A DNA stretch of 64,000 nt, taken from assembly GCA_902763505.1 (NCBI GenBank), contig CACWSO010000002.1:46712-110711 (forward strand), written 5' to 3'. The notes beneath the pieces are model-generated. The model ran no database searches and was not told the DNA's origin. It saw nothing but the letters and a program-made list of their open reading frames with translations. Position numbers and translations under genes: made by a program. Shown piece after piece: positions 56,052-64,000 of the stretch. Each line of letters opens with the position of its first letter. The stretch's first letter is position 1. Source of the stretch: an uncultured Eubacteriales bacterium (GTDB lineage Bacteria > Bacillota > Clostridia > Peptostreptococcales > Anaerovoracaceae).

Positions 56052-57089
56052 ATGAGAAGAAACCGCAGGGGAAAAAGAAAAATCATCATAGCGCTCATCA
56101 TTGCAGCCGCGCTGCTGGCCCTGTTCATCGCAGGACTTCAGTTCGCAGAGAAGCTGGGACTTAAGGACGTCCAGTTCGGCGACACCGGCGAGTGGGGCGA
56201 CGGCAAGATTGAAACCACAGAGTTCGGTCTGAATGACAAACTGTACGTTACCAAGGACAACCTGGATACGTACCTGATTATCGGCACCGACTCCGGCGGC
56301 ATCGATGAAGGCGAGATGTACAGCGGAGAGCTGGCAGACTTCGTAACACTCCTGCTGGTGGACAATACGACGAAGAAGTTTGCCTTCCTGCAGATGGACC
56401 GAAACAGCATGGTCGAGATGGCAGTGCCCGATGAAACAGGCAACGCCGAAGACCTCCAGAAGATGCAGCTCTGCATCTCCCACTGGTACGGCAGGGATGC
56501 GGACGAGCGAAATGAATATACAGCGGAAGCAGTGACGACCCTCCTGGGAGACTTGTACATCGAGAACATCTACTCTCTGGAGATGACGGAGATCGGGGCC
56601 GTTAACCACGCCATCGGCGGTGTGGAAGTCGACATCGAAACGGATATGACCAACGTAGACCCGGCCTTCGTCAAGGGAGCCCATGTTCTGCTGGATGACG
56701 AACAGGCCGAGAAGTTTGTCAGAGCCCGCATGAACGTCGGCAAAGGCACCAACGCCGAGCGAATGGCCCGCCAGACCCAGTACATGCAGAAGGCCTACAA
56801 CCTGGTCATGAACCAGTTGCGGGAGAACCCGAACTACATCAACGACCTGTACAGTGAACTGGATGGCAAGGTCCACACCACAGGATCCGGGAAAGATTTC
56901 TCCAGATTGACCAACCAGCTCCTGGAATACGAGGCACTCGGCATCATGCACTTCACCGGTACGACCAAGACCGGCGACACCTTAGGCGAAGGTCTCGAGA
57001 AGGAAGACTACCACGAGGAATTCTATGTGGACGACGAGTCCATCCTCGCTTGCTATAAGAAGATTATGAATATCAAGGAACAGCAATAA
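56052..57089 (+). CDS. LytR-CpsA-Psr (LCP) family protein
   Basis: 345 aa with an N-terminal transmembrane anchor and the LCP core YLIIGTDSGG...ADFVTLLLVD...LQMDRNS. Confidence 0.85.
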   Translation: MRRNRRGKRKIIIALIIAAALLALFIAGLQFAEKLGLKDVQFGDTGEWGDGKIETTEFGLNDKLYVTKDNLDTYLIIGTDSGGIDEGEMYSGELADFVTLLLVDNTTKKFAFLQMDRNSMVEMAVPDETGNAEDLQKMQLCISHWYGRDADERNEYTAEAVTTLLGDLYIENIYSLEMTEIGAVNHAIGGVEVDIETDMTNVDPAFVKGAHVLLDDEQAEKFVRARMNVGKGTNAERMARQTQYMQKAYNLVMNQLRENPNYINDLYSELDGKVHTTGSGKDFSRLTNQLLEYEALGIMHFTGTTKTGDTLGEGLEKEDYHEEFYVDDESILACYKKIMNIKEQQ

Positions 57090-57091
57090 CC

Positions 57092-57862
57092 ATGAATCAG
57101 AATCCGGATATCGAACTGAAAGACACACGAAACGAAGAGATGGAAATCGACCTGCTCGAGCTCTTCGGATACTTCATGAGCAAAATCTGGTGGATCGTGT
57201 GCGCCTTTATCATCGGCGCATTGATCGCAGGGCTCATTACCGCTTTCATCATCACACCGAAGTACACGGCTACCGCCAAGATGTACATGGTCAACTCTTC
57301 TTCCCAGTCCGTCGTCGACCTGACAGACCTGAACATCGGTCAGTCTCTGTCCGGAGACTATGTAGAACTGCTGAAGACCAGACCGATCGTCGAGGGCGTC
57401 ATCCAGGAGCAGAATCTCCAGTACAGCTACAACCAGCTTGTAAGTATGATGGGACTCTCCGTGGTGAATGAGACCAGAATCATCCAGATCGATATCACAA
57501 GTCCGGACCCGAGAGAAGCCATGGAGATTGCCAATTCATTGGCGGATAAAGGCGTCAGCGAATTGCCGAAGCTTATGGAAACACCGGCGCCGCATATTGC
57601 AGAGTACGCCATCGTACCGGTCAACAAGAGCTCCCCGAGCCTGACGAAGAACACCGTCATCGGTGCATTGCTCGCGACCCTCCTGATGCTGGCCATCTTC
57701 ACCGTCCAGTTCCTGAGGGATGACACCTTCAGATCGGCAGAGGATATAGAGAGAGAGTTCGGTGTCATGCCGCTCACCACAATACCGGAAGGCAAGATCG
57801 AAGGTCTCGCATCCGATAGCGACAAAGTCAAACGCAAAGGCAGGAGGAAACGCCGTGGATAA
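57092..57862 (+). CDS. Wzz/CpsC-type polysaccharide chain-length determinant (tyrosine kinase modulator)
   Basis: 256 aa with two terminal transmembrane helices and a Wzz-type N-terminus (IDLLELFGYF...TPKYTATAKMYM). Confidence 0.8.
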   Translation: MNQNPDIELKDTRNEEMEIDLLELFGYFMSKIWWIVCAFIIGALIAGLITAFIITPKYTATAKMYMVNSSSQSVVDLTDLNIGQSLSGDYVELLKTRPIVEGVIQEQNLQYSYNQLVSMMGLSVVNETRIIQIDITSPDPREAMEIANSLADKGVSELPKLMETPAPHIAEYAIVPVNKSSPSLTKNTVIGALLATLLMLAIFTVQFLRDDTFRSAEDIEREFGVMPLTTIPEGKIEGLASDSDKVKRKGRRKRRG

Positions 57863-58634
57863 CTACTATTACAAAGATAACAATATGCAATTCGGTCTGA
57901 CACCGCAGTTGCCATATTCGATCGAGGAGGCCATCAACAGACTGAGAATTAACATCTCATTCTTGGGCAGTGATGTACGCCGGATCATGGTCATCAGCTC
58001 TGAGCCGAATGAAGGCAAATCCTTCCTGAGCCTGAACCTCTGGAACCAGATGGCTCAGGCCGGGGAAAAGGCGATCCTCGTGGATGCGGATATGCGTAAC
58101 TCCAACATGGTCACCAAGTACGACATGAGGCGGGAAGACGGCAAGGAGATGAAGGGTACTTCTCATTATCTGGCAGGTAATGCAGAACTGAATGAAGTGC
58201 TTATGCACACCAAGTACGGCTACGGCGATATCATGCCGAATGTGGAGAACGTCATTAACCCATCCATGCTGCTAGAGACAAACAAGTTTGAAGAGCTCCT
58301 CGATGCGCTGGCTAAGAGATACAGATATGTCTTCGTCGATGCGCCGCCGCTGGGAATCGTATCCGACGGAGAGAGAATCGGCAACATGTGCGATGGAGCG
58401 ATTCTCTGTGTGCGCAGTGCAACAACACCGAAGGGTGTCGTCAGAGAATCCGTACACCAGCTGGAGAGAGCCGGCTGTCCGCTTCTGGGCATCGTCCTCA
58501 ACAGAGTCGATGAGAGCAAGGGCGGTTACGGCAAGTACGGCAAATACGGGAGATATGGCAAGTACGGCCACTACGGCAAGTACTATTCCGATTATTACTA
58601 CGGAGGCGGAGAGAAGAAAAAGCACCGCAAGTAA
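57855..58634 (+). CDS. CpsD/CapB-type bacterial tyrosine kinase
   Basis: Walker A is SSEPNEGKS, A' is ILVDADMRNS and B is VFVDAPPLG. The C-terminal Tyr cluster is GGYGKYGKYGRYGKYGHYGKYY. The GTG at 57855 follows a CAGGAGGAAA ribosome-binding site. Confidence 0.85.
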   Translation: MDNYYYKDNNMQFGLTPQLPYSIEEAINRLRINISFLGSDVRRIMVISSEPNEGKSFLSLNLWNQMAQAGEKAILVDADMRNSNMVTKYDMRREDGKEMKGTSHYLAGNAELNEVLMHTKYGYGDIMPNVENVINPSMLLETNKFEELLDALAKRYRYVFVDAPPLGIVSDGERIGNMCDGAILCVRSATTPKGVVRESVHQLERAGCPLLGIVLNRVDESKGGYGKYGKYGRYGKYGHYGKYYSDYYYGGGEKKKHRK

Positions 58635-58648
58635 CGTTAGATAGTTTC

Positions 58649-58666
58649 GCGGCTCCCGGGAGCCGC
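58649..58666. repeat. perfect 18-bp palindrome gcggctcccgggagccgc
   Basis: The sequence is self-complementary and no U-tract follows. It lies between the kinase gene and the FN3-like gene. Confidence 0.9.
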
Positions 58667-58705
58667 TGGCTATAAACATCTTTAGAGGAAAGGAGGAACG
58701 GACCA

Positions 58706-59335
58706 ATGGGCAAGAAAATCTTAAAGAAGATGGTAGTATTTGTAGTTGCTGCAGCACTTATCATCTCTTCCGGAGCGTGTGTTTTCGCTGGAACAAGCAG
58801 CCAGGTAGGAGTAACCAAGAGTGTTACTTCAAGTCAGTATTTTTCTAAGAGATCCTGCACCGTCAAGTGGGCTAAGGTTACCAACGCCATTAAGTACAAC
58901 GTTTACGTAAACGGTGTGCTGAAAAAGAAAGGCGTGAAGGGCACTAGCTGCACCATTACAGGTATTAAGGCTGGTACATGTTACAAGATCACAGTCAAGG
59001 CCCTTGCTAAGAATGGCAAGACCTTAGGCAAGGCATCCACCACGAAGGCCAGCACCACGAACATGAGATGGATGAAGTACACATACATCCGTTCGGTGAA
59101 GAGAGGCTCAAAGAAAGCTACCGTCACATGGGCGAGAGCCAAGAAGGCTACAGGATACCAGATTCTGTATTCAAAGGACGGCAAGACCTGGAAGACCAAG
59201 TATGTCAAGGGTGGAACCAAGAATAAGGTAACCATCTACAAGCTGACAAAAGGTAAATGGTACTTCAAGATTCGTCCTGTCAGAAACGGCTATCTTGGAT
59301 GCCGCAGTGGAGCAAAGACGGCTACCGTGAAGTAG
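58706..59335 (+). CDS. secreted, lysine-rich protein with two fibronectin-III-like repeats
   Basis: 209 aa with a signal peptide (KKMVVFVVAAALIISSGACVFA). The two modules are CTVKWAKV..YNVYVNG..TCYKITVKA and ATVTWARA..YQILYSKDGKTW..WYFKIRPV. Confidence 0.55.
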   Translation: MGKKILKKMVVFVVAAALIISSGACVFAGTSSQVGVTKSVTSSQYFSKRSCTVKWAKVTNAIKYNVYVNGVLKKKGVKGTSCTITGIKAGTCYKITVKALAKNGKTLGKASTTKASTTNMRWMKYTYIRSVKRGSKKATVTWARAKKATGYQILYSKDGKTWKTKYVKGGTKNKVTIYKLTKGKWYFKIRPVRNGYLGCRSGAKTATVK

Positions 59336-59361
59336 GCCATGCTCGTAAGCTCAATGATGAG

Positions 59362-59410
59362 CAGTTGTACAACTGATATCGCGGAGACAGCGATAGTTGT
59401 CTCCGCGATA
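59362..59410. repeat. 14-bp perfect palindrome (cagttgtacaactg) immediately followed by a 13-bp-arm hairpin
   Basis: The palindrome lies at 59362-59375. The hairpin arms tatcgcggagaca (59377-59389) and tgtctccgcgata (59398-59410) have no U-tract on either strand. Confidence 0.9.
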
Positions 59411-59442
59411 CGTGTCAGTAAAAGAAAAAAGGAACGTTTATT

Positions 59443-60168
59443 TTGATAGATTTTCACACACACATTTTACCGGGAATTGACGACGGCAGCAGAGACATGG
59501 ATATGACGATCAGGATGCTCGAGGCAGAGCGTGATCAGGGCGTGACTCATATCTGTGCTACCCCGCATTTCTATGCGCACAGGAGATCTGTAGATTTCTT
59601 CTTGGAGCGGAGAAACCGTGCACTGAAAGAAGTCAGGAAAGTGCTGGCAGACAGACCGGATCTGCCGCAGATTACACCAGGAGCAGAAGTCCTCTACTTC
59701 AGAGGCATGGAACAGGCGGAACTCCTACCGGAGCTATGCCTGGAAGGCACGGACATCCTGCTGTTAGAGATGCCATTCGATCAGTGGAGTAATGAGATGG
59801 CAAAGGCAATCGAGACCATCCTCACAAAGCGCGGATTGAAGGTTGTTCTGGCACATGTGGAACGCTACCTGCGGTTTCAGAAGGACAAGGCAGCATGGGA
59901 GCAGATTTTGAACATGCCGCTCACACTGCAGATGAACGCCGAATCCTTCATCCATGCAGGATCATTCCTGAGGCAGAACAAAGAGCACAAACTGTGCCTG
60001 CAGCTGTTAGAAGAACGCAGCAACTGCATCCTTGGGACAGACTGTCATAACATGGATGAACGGAAGCCAAATCTGGCGGAGGCCAGGGCGGTGATAGAGA
60101 AGAAGACAGGGACGAAGAGATTAGAAGAGATAGATGCGTATACGGAAACGCTATTAGGTAATGAGTAA
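59443..60168 (+). CDS. CpsB/YwqE-type PHP-family protein-tyrosine phosphatase
   Basis: 241 aa with a TTG start. IDFHTHILPGIDDGS...CATPHF...AHVERY. Confidence 0.85.
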   Translation: MIDFHTHILPGIDDGSRDMDMTIRMLEAERDQGVTHICATPHFYAHRRSVDFFLERRNRALKEVRKVLADRPDLPQITPGAEVLYFRGMEQAELLPELCLEGTDILLLEMPFDQWSNEMAKAIETILTKRGLKVVLAHVERYLRFQKDKAAWEQILNMPLTLQMNAESFIHAGSFLRQNKEHKLCLQLLEERSNCILGTDCHNMDERKPNLAEARAVIEKKTGTKRLEEIDAYTETLLGNE

Positions 60169-61591
60169 TGAAGAATTGATAGAAGTGAATAGCAAGAAAA
60201 AGATACAGCAGTCAACATGGATCACAGGCTATCTGGTTGTCTATGATTTGCTTGCTGTGTCCTTTGCGTACTTTGCTGCGTTATGGCTTAGATTTGACTT
60301 ACGGTTTTCCATGATACAGCAGCCATACCTTGAGATGTGGGCCAAGTTCGCACCGTGGTATGCTGTTTTTTGTATTGTAATTTTTGCGGCCTTCAAGCTT
60401 TACAAAAGTATCTGGAGATTTGCGAGCTTTAAGGAACTGCAGCGAATTACACTCGCAACAGCAGTAACAACAGTATGCCATCTTTATGGCACACCGGCTA
60501 AGATCGATGAAATCCGCAAGATTTGTAAACAGCATGATGCATTGATTGTGCCCGTGTATTTGTCATATATTCATTCACCTTTTCATTATTCCAAAGGATT
60601 CTTTTTATTGGTTTTCAATGTTTGCATTGCCATAGTCGTAATAATTGTTGTTGATTTTGAACGTGATAAAGATGCGTTAACGCTTTTTTTTCCATTTATT
60701 ACAGCAGTACAGGCAATTATATATTTTATCGCGATCGTGACATCAAATACAATCACAACATATGGCGCAACAATAGTTGAAGGCCTAAACCACAATGCAT
60801 TTGGAATGTCTTGTGCGCAAATAGGGACGGTATTAGTTGTAAAAGCTTTTGTAATAGATAAGTATAATAATAAACTGTATACAATAGCAATATTTACAAT
60901 AAACCGAACGCTGTTGATTAAGCATAAAACACAGGGTTTTATTTCCGCTCAAAGGGATGACTTTAGAAGAGAACTTGAACGTCAAAGACACAATCAAATG
61001 TCTGCTCGCATATTGAAGCATGATATCGATAATTATATTAATTCTGTCAAAAAGCTGATCGAAGAAGGAGAGTATAACCGTGCAAATAAAATACTGGATG
61101 ATTTATCAGATAGAAACAAAGTAATAGCACCGGAAATCTTCTCTGAGGATACTTTAATCAATTCCATCTTAGTAGAATACTCTCAACGCGCTGACATTGC
61201 GAACGTGAAATTTCAATGTGAATGCAGGATCAGCGAGCCTATAGCAATCAATGATCTTGATCTTTCTGCTGTATTATTTAATGGACTTGATAATGCATTA
61301 GAGAGTAGCGAAAAAATAGAGGATCCAGATAAGCGAATGATCGACGTAAATATCTTCACCTCTATGGGCTATCTGATAGTACGAATTAAAAACACTTATG
61401 ATGCTCGTCCTATAATAAAGAATAACCATATCGCTTCAACGAAAATCAGACCCGGAGAGTCACATGGAAACGGATTGTTTAGTATGGATCTGATTGCGAA
61501 GAAGTATTTCGGCAAGAAAAATATTTATGTAGAAGGACAGTTTGTAGCATTATATGTGATCCTTAAAAACATATCTTTACCAGAGTCATAA
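60161..61591 (+). pseudogene. mosaic ORF: CapD-type N-terminal transmembrane segment, DegT-type aminotransferase fragment and truncated AgrC-like GHKL histidine kinase
   Basis: Residues 1-107 match the CapD/WbpM membrane N-terminus (LYKSIWRFASFKELQRI). HLYGTPAKIDEIRKICKQHDALIV matches an internal DegT/DnrJ/EryC1 motif. The remainder is AT-rich and encodes transmembrane helices plus KHDIDNYINSV (H-box) and an HATPase domain (GLDNALES..GNGLFSM). Confidence 0.6.
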
Positions 61592-61727
61592 CGCTTTTTC
61601 TCTTTAAAGTGCGCGCGCAAGTTATTACATGATAACGTCCAATACTATCATGTCATCTTGTGATGCGCTTTTGTCATACTATATGCTTCCATAAACACCT
61701 TCATTTATAAAGAAAGGGGGAATGCAT

Positions 61728-64000
61728 ATGGCAGTAAAGTTATTCGTTAACGGTGTTGAATACGTCACTGAAAAGGAAGACAAAACCTTACTCAAATGGT
61801 TGCGTGAAGATCTTGGACTTGTTGGAACCAAAGATGGATGTAGTCGTGGGCAGTGTGGCACATGCACAGTAATCATTGACGGCAAAGCAGTTCGCGCCTG
61901 CACGCGAAAAATGAAAATGCTAGAAGGTAAGAGTGTAGAAACGATTGAAGGCATTTCTGACGGCGAAAAACTGCATCCGATTCAAGTGGCATTCCTGAAA
62001 TGTCATGCCTATCAGTGCGGCTTCTGCACACCGGGAGTGATCATGGCCACGAAGGCACTGTTGGACAGTAATCCGCATCCGACCGATGACGAGATCAAAG
62101 ATGCGCTGAAGTTTAATATCTGCAGATGCACAGGGTATCAACAGATTCTTGATGCAGTACATTTGGCAATCGAGATTCTGGATGGAAAAGAAGTTCAGCT
62201 CTTTGGTCAGCGTGGTTGGGTTGGAGAAAGCCCGGTTACTAAAAATGGTATTCAAAGAGTTACTGGACAAGCATTATTTACGGATGATTTCAAGCTTGAC
62301 AACCCGCTGCAGGGGCGAGTGTTTTTCCCAGAATACCCACATGCCAATATTCTTTCAATTGATTGCAGTGAGGCTTTGAAACAGCCAGGTGTAGCTTTTA
62401 TTGCAACGGCGAAGGACATCTCCGGGAACAATTATTTCTCAAGTGAAAAATATCCGCAGCAGATTCTCGCAGATAAAAAGGTGCGTTATATAGGAGATCC
62501 TGTCGCAATTGTTTACGCGGAAACAGAAGAACAGGCCTATAATGCGATGCCTTTCATCAAAGTAGAGTATGAAGTATTACCTGTCATTACTACGGCTATG
62601 CAGGGAGCGAAAGAAAGCTGTCGGATCCACGAAGATACTCCTAATGAATTCTACTCACAGCACCTTTCGAAGGGGAATATTGAGCGTGGGTTTGCGCAGT
62701 CGGATGTCATTATTGAAGAAGACATTTCGACACAAATGATTGAGCATGGATGCATGGAACCTGATGCTGCATTATCGGAGCTAGATGAAAACGGCAGACT
62801 CGTTATTTATGGAACCGGACAGGATCCTACGAAGATGAAGAACGACACCGCAGCTGCGTTGGGCCTTGGTCTGGATGAATTCAGAACCGTCACCAGGCCG
62901 AGCGGCGGTGCCTTTGGCAGTAGAGAGGACCAAATGTGTCATGTCTTTGCAGCACTGGGGACTTTGAACACGAAGCGTCCTGTTCGATTCATCTTCTCAA
63001 GAAGAGAAGTCCATTTGTTTACACCGAAGAGACATCCAGTTAATTATCACTACAAAATCGGCGCAAAGAATGATGGACGCATCATGGCAGTCCAAGCAAA
63101 CACCTATGTTGATACGGGTGCTTACGCAGCCTTGGGTGATTTTCTGGTAGACACAACGACAACCATGGGTACCGGACCATATGATGTGCCGAATATTGAT
63201 ATTCAATCTCACGGGGTTTACACGAACAATGTCGTAGCTAATTGTATGAGAGGATTCGGAAGCACACAGAATACAGTTGCAATTGAGACTCTTGTTGACA
63301 GGATTTCTGAAAAAACGGGTGTAGATCCATTTGAGATTCGAATGATCAACGGTCTTGAACCTGGACGACAGACTCCTTCTGGCCAAATCATCGAATACAG
63401 CTGTGGCATGAAAGATGCTCTGAAAGCCATTAAAGAAGCTATTGAAAGAGACGGAATTCCTGAACCGTCTGGTCCAGGAAAGAAAGTCGGATTTGGTTTG
63501 GCAAATGGCTACAAAAACATGGGCTATGGCCGTGGCGATGAGGATGGGGCTGGCGCAAAGATCCATCTGACCAATGACGGCAGACTTGAGCTGTTGACTG
63601 GCGGCGTTGAACTGGGTCAGGGTCATGATACGGTAGTATGTCAGATAGCAGCAGAAACGCTTGGTGTCGGCTATGATGATATTAACATCGGTCCAGTTGA
63701 TGATGACGTATCACCATATACAACAGGAAGTACAAGTGCATCAAGAATGACATTTATTTCTGGAAATGCAGTTCGAACAGTATGCATTAAATTTAAGAAT
63801 ACATTGTTGAAATATGTTGCAGAAAAGAACAATATGTCTGAAGGTGTTCTCGATTGCGATTCAAATGGTGTATTCGATTGCAGAAAGGACGGCACATTCA
63901 GAATGTCGTTCGAAGAGATTGGTCAGATGCTCGCCGAAAATAATGATGTGCTTGAAGAAGAATACTATTACGTTGCGGTAGAGTGTTTCCGTCCAAAGGA
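61728..64000 (+). CDS. xanthine dehydrogenase-family molybdopterin hydroxylase with fused N-terminal 2Fe-2S domains (Mop/aldehyde oxidoreductase-like), 3' partial
   Basis: Read from the sequence; it is absent from the ORF track because it runs off the window. It begins MAVKLFVNGVEY..GCSRGQCGTCTVIIDGKAVRAC..QCGFCTPG..CRCTGY, followed by a Moco domain (..GGAFGSRED..). The ribosome-binding site is AAAGGGGGAA. No FAD domain lies between the two parts. Confidence 0.8.
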   Translation, partial: MAVKLFVNGVEYVTEKEDKTLLKWLREDLGLVGTKDGCSRGQCGTCTVIIDGKAVRACTRKMKMLEGKSVETIEGISDGEKLHPIQVAFLKCHAYQCGFCTPGVIMATKALLDSNPHPTDDEIKDALKFNICRCTGYQQILDAVHLAIEILDGKEVQLFGQRGWVGESPVTKNGIQRVTGQALFTDDFKLDNPLQGRVFFPEYPHANILSIDCSEALKQPGVAFIATAKDISGNNYFSSEKYPQQILADKKVRYIGDPVAIVYAETEEQAYNAMPFIKVEYEVLPVITTAMQGAKESCRIHEDTPNEFYSQHLSKGNIERGFAQSDVIIEEDISTQMIEHGCMEPDAALSELDENGRLVIYGTGQDPTKMKNDTAAALGLGLDEFRTVTRPSGGAFGSREDQMCHVFAALGTLNTKRPVRFIFSRREVHLFTPKRHPVNYHYKIGAKNDGRIMAVQANTYVDTGAYAALGDFLVDTTTTMGTGPYDVPNIDIQSHGVYTNNVVANCMRGFGSTQNTVAIETLVDRISEKTGVDPFEIRMINGLEPGRQTPSGQIIEYSCGMKDALKAIKEAIERDGIPEPSGPGKKVGFGLANGYKNMGYGRGDEDGAGAKIHLTNDGRLELLTGGVELGQGHDTVVCQIAAETLGVGYDDINIGPVDDDVSPYTTGSTSASRMTFISGNAVRTVCIKFKNTLLKYVAEKNNMSEGVLDCDSNGVFDCRKDGTFRMSFEEIGQMLAENNDVLEEEYYYVAVECFRPK

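Overview
The window is a chromosomal segment from a Firmicutes/Clostridia-type genome, judged from gene content and order (Lachnospiraceae-like, roughly 50-55% GC by eye). No rRNA genes, CRISPR arrays or intact transposases/integrases were seen. Almost all long antisense ORFs in the track are shadow ORFs.

Gene content, left to right:
- 1-12.3 kb: a near-complete de novo purine operon, purE-purC-(cyclodeaminase-like)-purF-purM-purN-(PurO-type IMP cyclohydrolase)-(AICAR-formyltransferase-only purH)-purD-(large purL).
- 12.3-13.5 kb: an unrecognisable 395-aa gene on the minus strand.
- 13.6-24.8 kb: housekeeping genes metK, aspartate kinase, a CNNM/CBS transporter, secA, prfB, a CLC homolog, a lone OadB-type decarboxylase beta subunit and a HAD hydrolase.
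- 24.8-30.9 kb: a purine salvage block with a phosphoribosyltransferase divergent from a guanine-type purine riboswitch that precedes a BMP-family nucleoside ABC transporter.
- 31.0-34.5 kb: addB, with no addA beside it.
- 34.5-43.9 kb: a CdaR-regulated six-gene cluster (glycerate kinase, APC permease, secernin-like C69 Ntn hydrolase, a dehydrogenase fused to a DUF1537 kinase, amidohydrolase).
- 43.9-55.7 kb: a YbaK-like deacylase, tRNA-Ala and tRNA-Thr, two divergent A/E/P/K-rich proteins, xpt, a PHP phosphatase, cysS-mrnC-(thyA-folA)-rlmB-sigH, a zinc-ribbon/YARHG protein and an XRE regulator.
- 56.0-61.6 kb: the 5' part of a capsule/EPS locus (LCP, Wzz, BY-kinase, CpsB phosphatase). It ends abruptly in a chimeric ORF at a sharp drop in GC.
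- 61.7 kb to the window end: a fused 2Fe-2S/molybdopterin hydroxylase.

Most notable observations:
- The 34.5-43.9 kb catabolic cluster matches no pathway I know.
- A 33-nt internal fragment of the tRNA-Ala gene is copied into the thyA-folA spacer.
- Gene 3' ends are tandemly duplicated at three consecutive pur-operon junctions.
- The only PurF homolog lacks the Cys1 nucleophile.
- The CLC homolog lacks the gating glutamate.
- Three exactly phased direct repeats lie in the salvage-block control region.
- Two genes have candidate leaderless starts.
- A C8 tract sits at the XRE regulator next to the EPS promoter.
- The EPS locus is truncated by a capD'-degT'-agrC' mosaic ORF.
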